A stretch of 24,000 nt of DNA from Actinomycetota bacterium (GTDB lineage Bacteria; Actinomycetota; CADDZG01; WHSQ01): positions 31,412-55,411 of the forward strand of contig JBBSGD010000008.1 of assembly GCA_038254435.1 (NCBI GenBank). The letters run 5' to 3'. The notes beneath the pieces are model-generated. The model had not been told where the DNA came from. It did no database searches and saw only the letters and a list, made by a program, of their open reading frames with translations. Shown here one piece after another: positions 1-7,143 of the stretch (position 1 is the stretch's first letter; each line of letters opens with the position of its first letter). The translations under genes and the position numbers were made by a program.

Positions 1-507
1 TCTGCCACTACGGAGATGGAACAGGAGGACCTTCTTCCCTCGCCATGGGCGCCCGGGAGATCGCACACTCCGGATGGTTGGTGCGTCTAGAAAGGGTCCG
101 TGGGGAATGGTGATCGGTCGTCGCCCGATCATCCTCTCTACCTCTTCTCCGGCACCGGGAGTTGGAGAAGTAACTACATCCGCGGCTTGGGCTAACGCGT
201 GCATATACCGTTCGTCGGTTTCTGGAGTGTGTGGGTTCTGGATGTCGTGGACCGTCCACACCACTTTCTTGCCCTGGTGCCGGTGCGTTCTCAATACCTC
301 GGCTAACCGATGGGGTGAGTACTGTTCCCATGTGAAGTGAAAGTGCGTAATATCCCAATCCTCTTCGTGTTCACGTAACCACCCGGGTCGATAGAAGTTG
401 GGCAACGCCGGCCAGCATTCGTCGCGGTGAACCAGGTGACAAACGGAACCTTCCAAACGATCCACATAGTCATGTACGGGAGGATAAGAAAGCACTCGGA
501 CCATCAT
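1..507 (-). CDS. putative glycosyltransferase-like protein, N-terminal 169 codons (3' end lies beyond the left window edge)
   Basis: My own translation of the minus strand from ATG at 507-505 reads MMVRVLSYPPVHDYVDRLEG...GKKVVWTVHDIQNPHTPE...VVTSPTPGAEEEVERM... and stays open to position 1. It is absent from the ORF track because it has no stop in the window. Its ATG overlaps the TGA of the upstream gene (ATGA at 504-507). The product call is weak and rests on operon context and a 'WTVHD' GT-like N-terminal pattern. Confidence 0.55.
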   Translation of the reverse strand, partial: MMVRVLSYPPVHDYVDRLEGSVCHLVHRDECWPALPNFYRPGWLREHEEDWDITHFHFTWEQYSPHRLAEVLRTHRHQGKKVVWTVHDIQNPHTPETDERYMHALAQAADVVTSPTPGAGEEVERMIGRRPITIPHGPFLDAPTIRSVRSPGRPWRGKKVLLFHLRSGR

Positions 508-1571
508 GTCGCGTAGCTCTCCAGAAGGCTCTCGACGTAACAGGCAGCCTTTGTCGCTCCATTTCCAGGCGCGAGGGCTGTCAACGCCGGAGGCGCACCC
601 GGTCGGGATGCTTCGATGAGGAGTCGCTTCCATTCGGAGGGTGCGGGCCAATCGAACAAGACCTTGGCTGCTCCGATCCGGCAGAGACACCGCGCTTTGC
701 GCACCTGTTCGTCGAAGGGCATCTCCTCGGGGATGCATATCAATGGTCTTTGTGCGGCTGCCACTTCCATGACCGTATTGTCGCCTGCACTTGCAACAAC
801 CACGTCCGCCGCCCTGATGTGATCCAGGGTGTCCCGGACCCACCCCTCGACTCTGAGATTGCGACTGCCTGAGGCCGGACCTTTCTTACCAACGACAAGC
901 CACTGCCAGTCTGGGCAGGCTTGCGCGGCCTCGGTCACGGCATGAGGAACCCCTGCGCCTCCGGCGCCGGAAAGGACCGTAACGCAGGGCCCGTCCGGGA
1001 GATCCAGTCTCGTGCGGGCGACCTTGCGATCGGGCATAGAGACATCGTCGTAACGACTCATTCCTCCCGCGTAAACGGTCTTGTTCGCTATCCACTGCGG
1101 GGTCGCAGGATCCTCGAGCGAAGCAGGCCAAGGGGCAAGAAGCCCGGATGCTAGCTGATACGCATCGAGATGTGCGTGGTCGAACCTGTTCCCGTGCTGT
1201 CTCACGATGACTGAAGGAGTTCCGGTCAATCGCGCTAGTCGGGCGATTTCGACGGAGACATCAATGAGCATCAGAGCCGGCTGGTTACATGCGATCCAGC
1301 CGGTAATCGTCGAGACTCGTTCTCTTAAGCCTCTTACACCGAAAGGCGCGTAATGAAGCGGTGCATCTCGTAGTTCGGTCTCTTGCCACTCGTGACCGGG
1401 AACATCATCGTCCATCGGGAGCACTGCGGTTTGGAAGCCCGGGCACGACTCGACTCGGCGCGAAGTAAAGAGCGTTGCCGGAGACCGGAGGTGGGCGCCA
1501 ATAAGGGCTGCGCGCTGCACGTGACCTGCTCCACGATGATGTGCGTACCAGGCGAGAATCTTCTCCACCAT
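504..1571 (-). CDS. MurG-like / GT28 C-terminal-domain glycosyltransferase
   Basis: 355-aa ORF with an ATG start. The C-terminal part VVASAGDNTVMEVAAAQRPLICIPEEMPFDEQVRKA matches the Glyco_tran_28_C pattern. Its start overlaps the upstream stop (TAATG at 1569-1573). Confidence 0.8.
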   Translation of the reverse strand: MVEKILAWYAHHRGAGHVQRAALIGAHLRSPATLFTSRRVESCPGFQTAVLPMDDDVPGHEWQETELRDAPLHYAPFGVRGLRERVSTITGWIACNQPALMLIDVSVEIARLARLTGTPSVIVRQHGNRFDHAHLDAYQLASGLLAPWPASLEDPATPQWIANKTVYAGGMSRYDDVSMPDRKVARTRLDLPDGPCVTVLSGAGGAGVPHAVTEAAQACPDWQWLVVGKKGPASGSRNLRVEGWVRDTLDHIRAADVVVASAGDNTVMEVAAAQRPLICIPEEMPFDEQVRKARCLCRIGAAKVLFDWPAPSEWKRLLIEASRPGAPPALTALAPGNGATKAACYVESLLESYAT

Positions 1572-2662
1572 TAATGCTCGCAGATCCGTAGGTAGAGGTC
1601 TTCATAGCGCGTAACCATCCTTTCTATCGAATACCGGGTCTCGACGATCTCACGACATCGGGATCTGTCGCAGTCGAGGGCCTCACGGGCACGGGATGCC
1701 ATGCCCTCGATATCACCCGGAGGAATTATGTAGTCGTCGAATACACCACCCAGGATCTCACGCACCGCCCCGCGATCGAAAGCTACGACCGGCGTGCCAC
1801 ATGAGAGCGACTCGATGACTACCAGCCCGAACGGCTCTTCCCAGCACGGGGTCACCAGCGTAACCGATGCCTTGCCCACTATTTCGGACAGCTCGGAAGT
1901 TTCGAGGTGCCCGGCGTATTCATCAGAGGGACGAAGCCGAGGCCTCACCTCATCGTAGAAGTACGTCTCATCTGCCATCGGACCGGCAAGGATGAGGTCT
2001 AGGCCTGCGCGATGAGCCGCTTCGATCGCCAGATGGGGCCCCTTTTCGGGCACGAATCTTCCGGTCCAGACCGCATAGGTTCGATCGGGCGCTGAATGGA
2101 ACTGCCAGCTTTCGGTATCCACCCCGTTTGGTATGACCTCCCGGATCGTGATGCCCTCCCAGGTACGGGCATTGGCTTCCGACACGGAGACAAAGATCGT
2201 GTCGCGCGCTCGATTCGAGTTGCTGCTGATCGCGCTCTCGAGCCACGGAGTGGGAGGAGTGTGTAGCGTAGTCACGAGGGGACGATTGATCGCGGACGCC
2301 ATCGCTACAGGCAAGTAGTGCAGCGAGCTGTTCTGAATTACGTCGAAGTCGCTTTCGCGTAAGTGCAGCATGAGGTCGAGGTATGCGTGGTGCCTCTCAA
2401 GGAACGGAAGCGCCAACATGCTCGGATCCTCGAGCGCACGATTCGAGAATCGGATGGGTCGTCCCGAAAGTATGGGTACGGTAGCGGTGGCCGGATCGGA
2501 CTCGTCCGAGGCGAAAAGGGTAACTGAATGCCCACGAGCTCTCAAGCTCGTCGCCAGGGCATGGGTCTGCGCCTCCAACCCGCCTGCGAACGGCTCTTGA
2601 ATTGGGTGGTCCGCCGAACCGATTACTCCGATCCGGAGTCTGCCCGACGGGATGCTGTTCAC
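1571..2662 (-). CDS. GT4-family glycosyltransferase (Glyco_transf_4 + Glycos_transf_1)
   Basis: 363-aa ORF starting at GTG 2662, with GAGAGG 5 nt upstream. The N-terminus RIGVIGS...FAGGLEAQTHALATSLRARGH and the C-terminal EPFGLVVIESLSCGTPVVAFDRGAVREI (E-x7-E region) are typical of GT4 enzymes. Confidence 0.9.
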   Translation of the reverse strand: MNSIPSGRLRIGVIGSADHPIQEPFAGGLEAQTHALATSLRARGHSVTLFASDESDPATATVPILSGRPIRFSNRALEDPSMLALPFLERHHAYLDLMLHLRESDFDVIQNSSLHYLPVAMASAINRPLVTTLHTPPTPWLESAISSNSNRARDTIFVSVSEANARTWEGITIREVIPNGVDTESWQFHSAPDRTYAVWTGRFVPEKGPHLAIEAAHRAGLDLILAGPMADETYFYDEVRPRLRPSDEYAGHLETSELSEIVGKASVTLVTPCWEEPFGLVVIESLSCGTPVVAFDRGAVREILGGVFDDYIIPPGDIEGMASRAREALDCDRSRCREIVETRYSIERMVTRYEDLYLRICEH

Positions 2663-2851
2663 CGAAACCTCTCAGGAGATGTCTGGTAATCCCTTTCGGT
2701 ACGAGAAGACATGCCCGACGCTCGGTATCCGTTCGGCTGGGGCAACAGCCTCTCGCACGTCGCGGAAATCGGCTCGCCGACGAACCGTGCTTGACGAGTA
2801 CCCCTTTCAAGCGAGCCATAACCTCGAAGGACGCAACTCGCTCCTCTAGCC

Positions 2852-3406
2852 TTGCGGCTAGCTCTGTGTAGTCGACCCCACCACCGTCACACACTCCCGA
2901 ATCCCCTACATCCCAGACGGATACTTGGCACACCTAAGGGGATCGAGGCATGGACGTGGGCACCGGGCATGCCGTGTCCGCCTGTGGGCACCGATGCGAC
3001 CATGGCCTGGATCAAGAACGACGGTTGGGTGTGGGTGTTCTGCGCCGTCGACCACTTCTCGGCCGAGGCGTGGACTTCTGTCGCCAAGCGCGGTGATCGC
3101 TTCGCTTCTCTCGAGCCGATCTACGACGCGGTCACCGATCGCTTCGACAGGGTCGACGCCGATCTCGCCCGCGGCATCGCGCTGCGGCACGACTGGGGGC
3201 CGCAATACACCTCCGGTCACTTCCAGGGGGCGATCGCCTGGCTGGGGATCGAAGACAGTCCCGCGCTCGCCGGTGAGCCGCCCTGCAACGGCTGTGCCGA
3301 GCGCTTCATCCGGACGCTCAAGGAGCAGTGCCTGTGGGCACGGCTCTACGAGGACATGGAAGATCTCCGCCAGGCGGCGATCGAATTCACCCATTGCTAC
3401 GGATGA
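2852..3406 (+). mobile_element. IS remnant: truncated DDE (rve integrase-core) transposase lacking the N-terminal HTH region and the C-terminal tail
   Basis: The translation contains GTDATMAW..DGWVWVFCAVDHFSAEAW (first D), ALRHDWGPQYTS (second D) and NGCAERFIRTLKEQCLW (E). There is no DNA-binding N-terminus upstream. The ORF ends at ...EFTHCYG*, where homologs continue with about 40 more residues. Confidence 0.8.
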
Positions 3407-3434
3407 AAGTCAAGTGGCATGACAGACCCCTCCT

Positions 3435-3650
3435 TCAGGCGCGAGCATGTATCCGGGTGCGGGTGACCCCGGGAACAAACCAAGTTGATCTGAGGGTAGG
3501 GGGCCACTCGGCTCCGGCGCCGTCGAAGATCACGGTGACGTCGTCACCCGCTTCCTTGAGCTCACGGGCCACCTGCAGTCCGTTCACCACCCGCCCCAGG
3601 TCGGCCTTGGTCTCTGTTCCGGCAAGCACGAGGATCGCTGCTTGGCCCAC
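3435..3650 (-). pseudogene. DsrE-family protein, probably 3'-truncated
   Basis: GTG at 3650 is preceded by GAAGGAGGG with 5-nt spacing. The translation GQAAILVLAGTETKADLGRVVNGLQVARELKEAGDDVTVIFDGAGAEW fits the actinobacterial DsrE-family N-terminal half. The tail PPTLRSTWFVPGVTRTRIHARA is unlike the family, and the gene ends 29 nt from the IS fragment. Confidence 0.5.
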
Positions 3651-3820
3651 GGTTCCCTCCTTCGCTAGCAGGCTCACGGAAACGCTACCCACTCGAAACC
3701 GTGCTAATAGGCCGCCCGCTTTCCACACTGTAAGGAAACGCACAATCTGCGAATGGACACGACCTCGGAAGCGTTGCCCCCAGCAAGACGAAACCGAGGA
3801 GGTGCCCCATAGTCAAAGCG

Positions 3821-4093
3821 GTGTGGAATGACCGGGTAATCGCGGCGAGCGACGACACCATCGTGGTGGAGGGAAACCACTACTTCCCGAAGGAGTCCGT
3901 CGAGACCTCGTTTCTGAGAGAGAGCCGTTCCAAGAGCTTGTGCCTGTGGAAGGGGGTCTGCAGCTACTACACGGTCGAGGTCGACGGCGCAAGGAACGAA
4001 GACGCCGCCTTCTACTACGCAAGACCCTCGTTGCTCGCCCGCCGGATCAAGGGTCGGATCGCATTCTGGAAGGGAGTGCGGATCGAAAAATGA
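3821..4093 (+). CDS. DUF427 domain-containing protein
   Basis: WNDRVIAASDDTIVVEGNHYFPKESV...CLWKGVCSYYTVEVDG..NEDAAFYYARP...RIAFWKGV is the DUF427 signature. The track start is GTG 3821. The in-frame upstream codons read IVKAVWN, and an SD GAGGAGG sits 6 nt before ATA 3809 (see findings). Confidence 0.85.
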   Translation: MWNDRVIAASDDTIVVEGNHYFPKESVETSFLRESRSKSLCLWKGVCSYYTVEVDGARNEDAAFYYARPSLLARRIKGRIAFWKGVRIEK

Positions 4094-4109
4094 TCCCAGG
4101 AGGGGAGCT

Positions 4110-4650
4110 TCAACGAGCGCTGTCTCTCGGACTTTTAAGATCGTAGTGCCGCTCGGCCCGCTCGGCCCCGGCCCAGTGAGCCTCGAGCTCGACCCCCAAG
4201 CCCTCGACAACCCTATTCACGTAGTTGAAGTAGGAGGCGATCTGGTTCGCGTCCACGATCGCCCGATCGTCGAACCCTGGCTTGGCGCAGAGCCTCCACA
4301 TCCGACTCCCCTACCGAGTCAACCTTGAGGGTCAGCTTGACGGCGTAACGGCACAACGCGGCCATGCGTGGAGTCAATCGATCGAAGGAACCGGAGGCGA
4401 CCGCCTCCTTCAGAGGTCCGTCGCCCGATTCCCGGGTCAACGAAGCTCCATGATGTGTCACTCAATAAGGGCAGTCGTTGCCTGCGGAAACGACGACGGC
4501 GATCGCTTCCCTCTCCGCGCGAGAAAGCGGCGACGCGCCAAACATGATGGCCCGGTAGAGGGCCAGGTGTCCCCGCAAAGCCTCTCGGTTCAGGGAGTGC
4601 GAGGCTAACGTTGTCGAGACCCTCGCACCTTCTGCCTTATCAACCCACAC
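4110..4650 (-). pseudogene. AhpD/carboxymuconolactone-decarboxylase-fold 'peroxidase-related enzyme', interrupted by an in-frame TGA (4462-4464) and a +1 frameshift (about 4278)
   Basis: Three track ORFs (4462-4650, 4213-4461, 4110-4301) concatenate into one family-like protein: ...LSRAEREAIAVVVSAGNDCPY[TGA]VTHHGASL...RMAALCRYAVKLT...ESDVEALRQA[shift]GFDDRAIVDANQIASYFNYVNRVVEGLGVELE. Confidence 0.8.
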
Positions 4651-5362
4651 GGAATCTTCCTCCCCGTCCGGCGGCCAGCTTTCCCAGCGCTTCCGGCTGC
4701 TCGATCCGAACCTCTGCGTATCCGAGAGACACCAGGCCCTTTTCTTCCAGCTGTTTCAGGATCTTGTTCAGTGAGGGACGTTGGGCCCCTAGCATGGCAG
4801 CGAGAGTTCTTTGAGGCAGGGGAATGCGGCCGTCTCTCTCCTCGTCGAGCAGCAGGCGGGCCACCTGTTCAACGAGCGAGCGGCCGAGCAGCTCCATGAT
4901 CCTCGCCTGGCTGGCAGAGACCCGGGCGGCCACGCTCGAGAGCCATCTCCTGGCGATCGTGGGGTGCTCGGTGAGAAGGGATTCGAAGTTCGCCGGTTCC
5001 AACAGCAGCACCCGCGTGCGCTCGAGGGTCCGGGCCGAATAGGGCATGCTCATGCCCAAGATCAGCTGCAGATCCCCATCCACCTCTCCGGGGCGCAGCA
5101 GCCCTACGACCGAGCGGCGAGGACCCGATCCAACGACCATCTCCGAGACCCCCGCGCGCATGATGAGAGCTCCGGGCGGAGCGTCGCCGGCGTGGAACAG
5201 AAGGGCGCCTCGCTCGTGTTCCCGGGGTGAGAGGTAGGAGGCTAAGGCAGCGAGGTCTTCCTCGATCAGGGGAGTGGTACGGCTGTCTCCCACGCAGCGA
5301 GCCACCCAGGCTGCCTCCTGAAGCCCCCTGTCGGGTCCCTTTCCCGAAAACAAAGCCGTCAT
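4640..5362 (-). CDS. Crp/Fnr-family transcriptional regulator (cNMP-binding domain + C-terminal HTH)
   Basis: The effector domain reads GALLFHAGDAPPGALIMRAGVSEMVV...GEVDGDLQLILG. The HTH reads LPQRTLAAMLGAQRPSLNKILKQLEEKGLV. The start is uncertain. The options are ATG 5362 (no SD), GTG 5305 (AGGAGG 8 nt upstream), and the track's GTG 5599, which would add an atypical 79-aa extension. Confidence 0.85.
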   Translation of the reverse strand: MTALFSGKGPDRGLQEAAWVARCVGDSRTTPLIEEDLAALASYLSPREHERGALLFHAGDAPPGALIMRAGVSEMVVGSGPRRSVVGLLRPGEVDGDLQLILGMSMPYSARTLERTRVLLLEPANFESLLTEHPTIARRWLSSVAARVSASQARIMELLGRSLVEQVARLLLDEERDGRIPLPQRTLAAMLGAQRPSLNKILKQLEEKGLVSLGYAEVRIEQPEALGKLAAGRGGRFRVG

Positions 5363-5461
5363 GAAGATGACATTGTAGGAGCTGCCGCATTCCTGGTCCT
5401 CCCTCACGTCGATTTCTGGCCGAGCCAAGGCGACCGCGCGACGCTCCGCTTGGGGCACTTG

Positions 5462-5477
5462 TGTCAGACGGCTGACA
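5462..5477. promoter_or_regulatory. TGTCA-N6-TGACA inverted repeat, a candidate Crp/Fnr-type operator in the divergent intergenic region
   Basis: The sequence tgTGTCAgacggcTGACAtt sits 100 nt upstream of ATG 5362. It has the same architecture as the CRP-class consensus TGTGA-N6-TCACA. A 5+5 palindrome is expected many times by chance in 24 kb, so only its position supports it. Confidence 0.3.
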
Positions 5478-5588
5478 TTGTCGGGAACGCCCACCCCTCG
5501 TGACGGGTTCGCCCAGGCGCAATCATCCCGCCGCTTCGCAGTCCGAGCGGGTGAGAAGCGTCTCGGTCGGGCGGTCTGAGGAATGAGG

Positions 5589-5822
5589 ATGGCAAACACA
5601 ACCGCGCGAGGGCGTAAGACGCGCTCGTTGCGCCGGGATCACCAACCTACTTTCGGGACCCGCAGGAGAAGGTGGGTCGCGTCGATCATGGGCGGCATCG
5701 TCGTGGTCGGGGGTTTCACCTTCTTTTTTTCTAACCGGCTCGGCGGGCGGGAGGGTTTCGGTATCGGGTCATGCGACGTGGCTCCTTTGATCGTCCCCTT
5801 TTGTCGTAGGAAGGAGCCATGA
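5589..5822 (+). CDS. hypothetical small membrane protein (basic N-terminus + one TM helix)
   Basis: ATG 5589 has GAGGA about 7 nt upstream, and there is also an ATG at 5583. The predicted TM segment is WVASIMGGIVVVGGFTFFF. The stop overlaps the SRPBCC start (ATGA at 5819-5822). I recognise no homology. Confidence 0.3.
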   Translation: MANTTARGRKTRSLRRDHQPTFGTRRRRWVASIMGGIVVVGGFTFFFSNRLGGREGFGIGSCDVAPLIVPFCRRKEP

Positions 5823-6319
5823 GGACCCGGCCGATTGGGCTGAAGCGGCAGCGCGTCCCGGTCTCGGCGCCGCGGTCGCTCACCTTCGAGGTCGTGGCAA
5901 GCGCCGGCAAGTCACTCGAGGAGCGGCCGGACGGCGCCAAGGTCGTGCAGTTCTCCACCACCTTCCGGGGTAAGGAGGTCCCCACCACGGAGCTGGTCGT
6001 TATCGAGCCGCCTGACCACATCCGTTACGAATGGCTCCAGGGTCCGCTGCCCGAGGTGAACGAGATCATTTCCTTCATCGACAACGGCGAGGGGACCGAG
6101 CTGGTCTACGAGGGAGATTTCTCCGCGGGGCCGGGGCTCATCAATTGGGTCTACGGACGGCTGGTGGTCAAGCCGATATTCGACAGGCTTGTCCTGAAGC
6201 ACCTCGAACAGAGCAAATGCATGGCAGAGCAGAGGGCGAGGAGAACCCGGGTCCACCCCGGCCCCACCGCCGACGACTCCAGCAACCACTCCCTGCCTAG
6301 GTCACAGCCCACCACCTGA
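5819..6319 (+). CDS. SRPBCC (START/polyketide-cyclase-like) family protein
   Basis: ATG is preceded by GGAAGGAG. The pattern VPVSAPRSLTFEVVA...IRYEWLQGPLPEVNEIISFIDNGEGTELVYEGDF...VVKPIFDRLVLKHLEQ is typical of Polyketide_cyc2/SRPBCC folds. Confidence 0.7.
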   Translation: MRTRPIGLKRQRVPVSAPRSLTFEVVASAGKSLEERPDGAKVVQFSTTFRGKEVPTTELVVIEPPDHIRYEWLQGPLPEVNEIISFIDNGEGTELVYEGDFSAGPGLINWVYGRLVVKPIFDRLVLKHLEQSKCMAEQRARRTRVHPGPTADDSSNHSLPRSQPTT

Positions 6320-6354
6320 GCCCGACCTCCCCTCCTCACGAGCGCGTTGCGTGC

Positions 6355-7143
6355 TCAAGCTCTCGTCGCGCTGAACAGCTTGTAGCCGAGCACGCCGTCT
6401 CCGACCGCCTCTATGCCAAGAGAGACCAGGTCGCGCCCCACCTTTAAGGCTTCCGGTCGGAGGCCGGGCCGCAGGGCGTCGAGATCGATCCCTCCAGCTC
6501 TAACGACCATCTCGGCTAAAGCCAAACGGCGGCGCACCTGCTCGAGCAGGCCGCCGAGCTCGTAGTCGAGCGACACGCTCCTCGGGTCCCCGAAGCCGGC
6601 CTCGCCCAAGAGGCTTTCGTATCCGGAACTCCCAAGCGCCCCGCCGACGCACGCGCTCCACGAAACAAGCGGGTCGAGCGGCAGCGGCAGCTCGCCCTCA
6701 AGCGTCACATCCGACAAGGCGATGCGGCCCCCCTTTCGCACAACTCGGTGCAGCTCGCCGAGCGCGGCTGCCTTGTCCGGAACGAGCGACAGGACACACT
6801 CGGCAATGGCGCCGTCCAACGACGCGGGTCGCAGAGGGAGGTTCTCCGCCGCTCCCACCGCCGCGACGCTCGTCTCGGAGGCGACCTTCACGGCATCCGG
6901 TGCGAGATCGATCCCGACCGGGACCATACCGGCGTCGGCGAGCGAGCGGACGCCGAAGCCGCCTCCGCAGCCCAGGTCGAGCACGAGGGAACCGCGTGCA
7001 AGCGCGAGGTCCTCCACGGTCGCGGCCGTCGTTCGTTCACCGCCGGGATGCATCCGCTCGCCGAGCAGGAGGTGTGCCAGAGGGTGGCTCCACACCGAGC
7101 AGCAGGTGCGGCGCAGAACGGCTTTTTCGGGGGCCTCGATCAT
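6355..7143 (-). CDS. ArsM-like class I SAM-dependent methyltransferase
   Basis: The SAM motif is VLDLGCGGGFG. DGAIAECVLSLVPDKAAALGELHRVVRKGGRIALSDV resembles ArsM 'D.VISNCVINLS.DK...RVLKPGGR.A.SDV'. SWSACVGGAL...YESLLGEAGF resembles ArsM 'W.GC.AGAL...Y...L..AGF'. There is an N-terminal CC pair (RTCCSVW). ATG 7143 overlaps the upstream TGA (ATGA). Confidence 0.85.
   Translation of the reverse strand: MIEAPEKAVLRRTCCSVWSHPLAHLLLGERMHPGGERTTAATVEDLALARGSLVLDLGCGGGFGVRSLADAGMVPVGIDLAPDAVKVASETSVAAVGAAENLPLRPASLDGAIAECVLSLVPDKAAALGELHRVVRKGGRIALSDVTLEGELPLPLDPLVSWSACVGGALGSSGYESLLGEAGFGDPRSVSLDYELGGLLEQVRRRLALAEMVVRAGGIDLDALRPGLRPEALKVGRDLVSLGIEAVGDGVLGYKLFSATRA

Noticed and set aside
8-358. Track ORFs 8-358 (-) and 74-340 (+) at the left edge
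   Set aside because: A different minus-strand frame is open from ATG 507 to position 1. It has protein-like sequence and an ATGA overlap with the upstream gene. The listed ORFs are Arg/Pro/Ser-rich off-frame products.
2663-2851. Possible coding fragment between the GT4 gene and the IS remnant (minus frame ...ELAARLEERVASFEVMARLKGVLVKHG...)
   Set aside because: The helical-looking peptide is suggestive of a transposase OrfA or antitoxin fragment. I could not tie it to any family, and it has no start or SD.
4393-4408. Strong hairpin GGAGGC-GGUC-GCCUCC downstream of the in-frame TGA, considered as a SECIS element
   Set aside because: It starts 53 nt after the UGA, which is too far for the usual bacterial SECIS window. 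The weaker bulged hairpin at 4417-4444 is positioned better and is the one reported.
5363-5599. 79-codon N-terminal extension of the Crp/Fnr ORF (track start GTG 5599)
   Set aside because: The extension (MFAILIPQTARPRRFSPARTAKRRDD...) is unlike Crp-family N-termini and would swallow the divergent promoter region. Starts at 5362 or 5305 give a normal 222-240-aa regulator.
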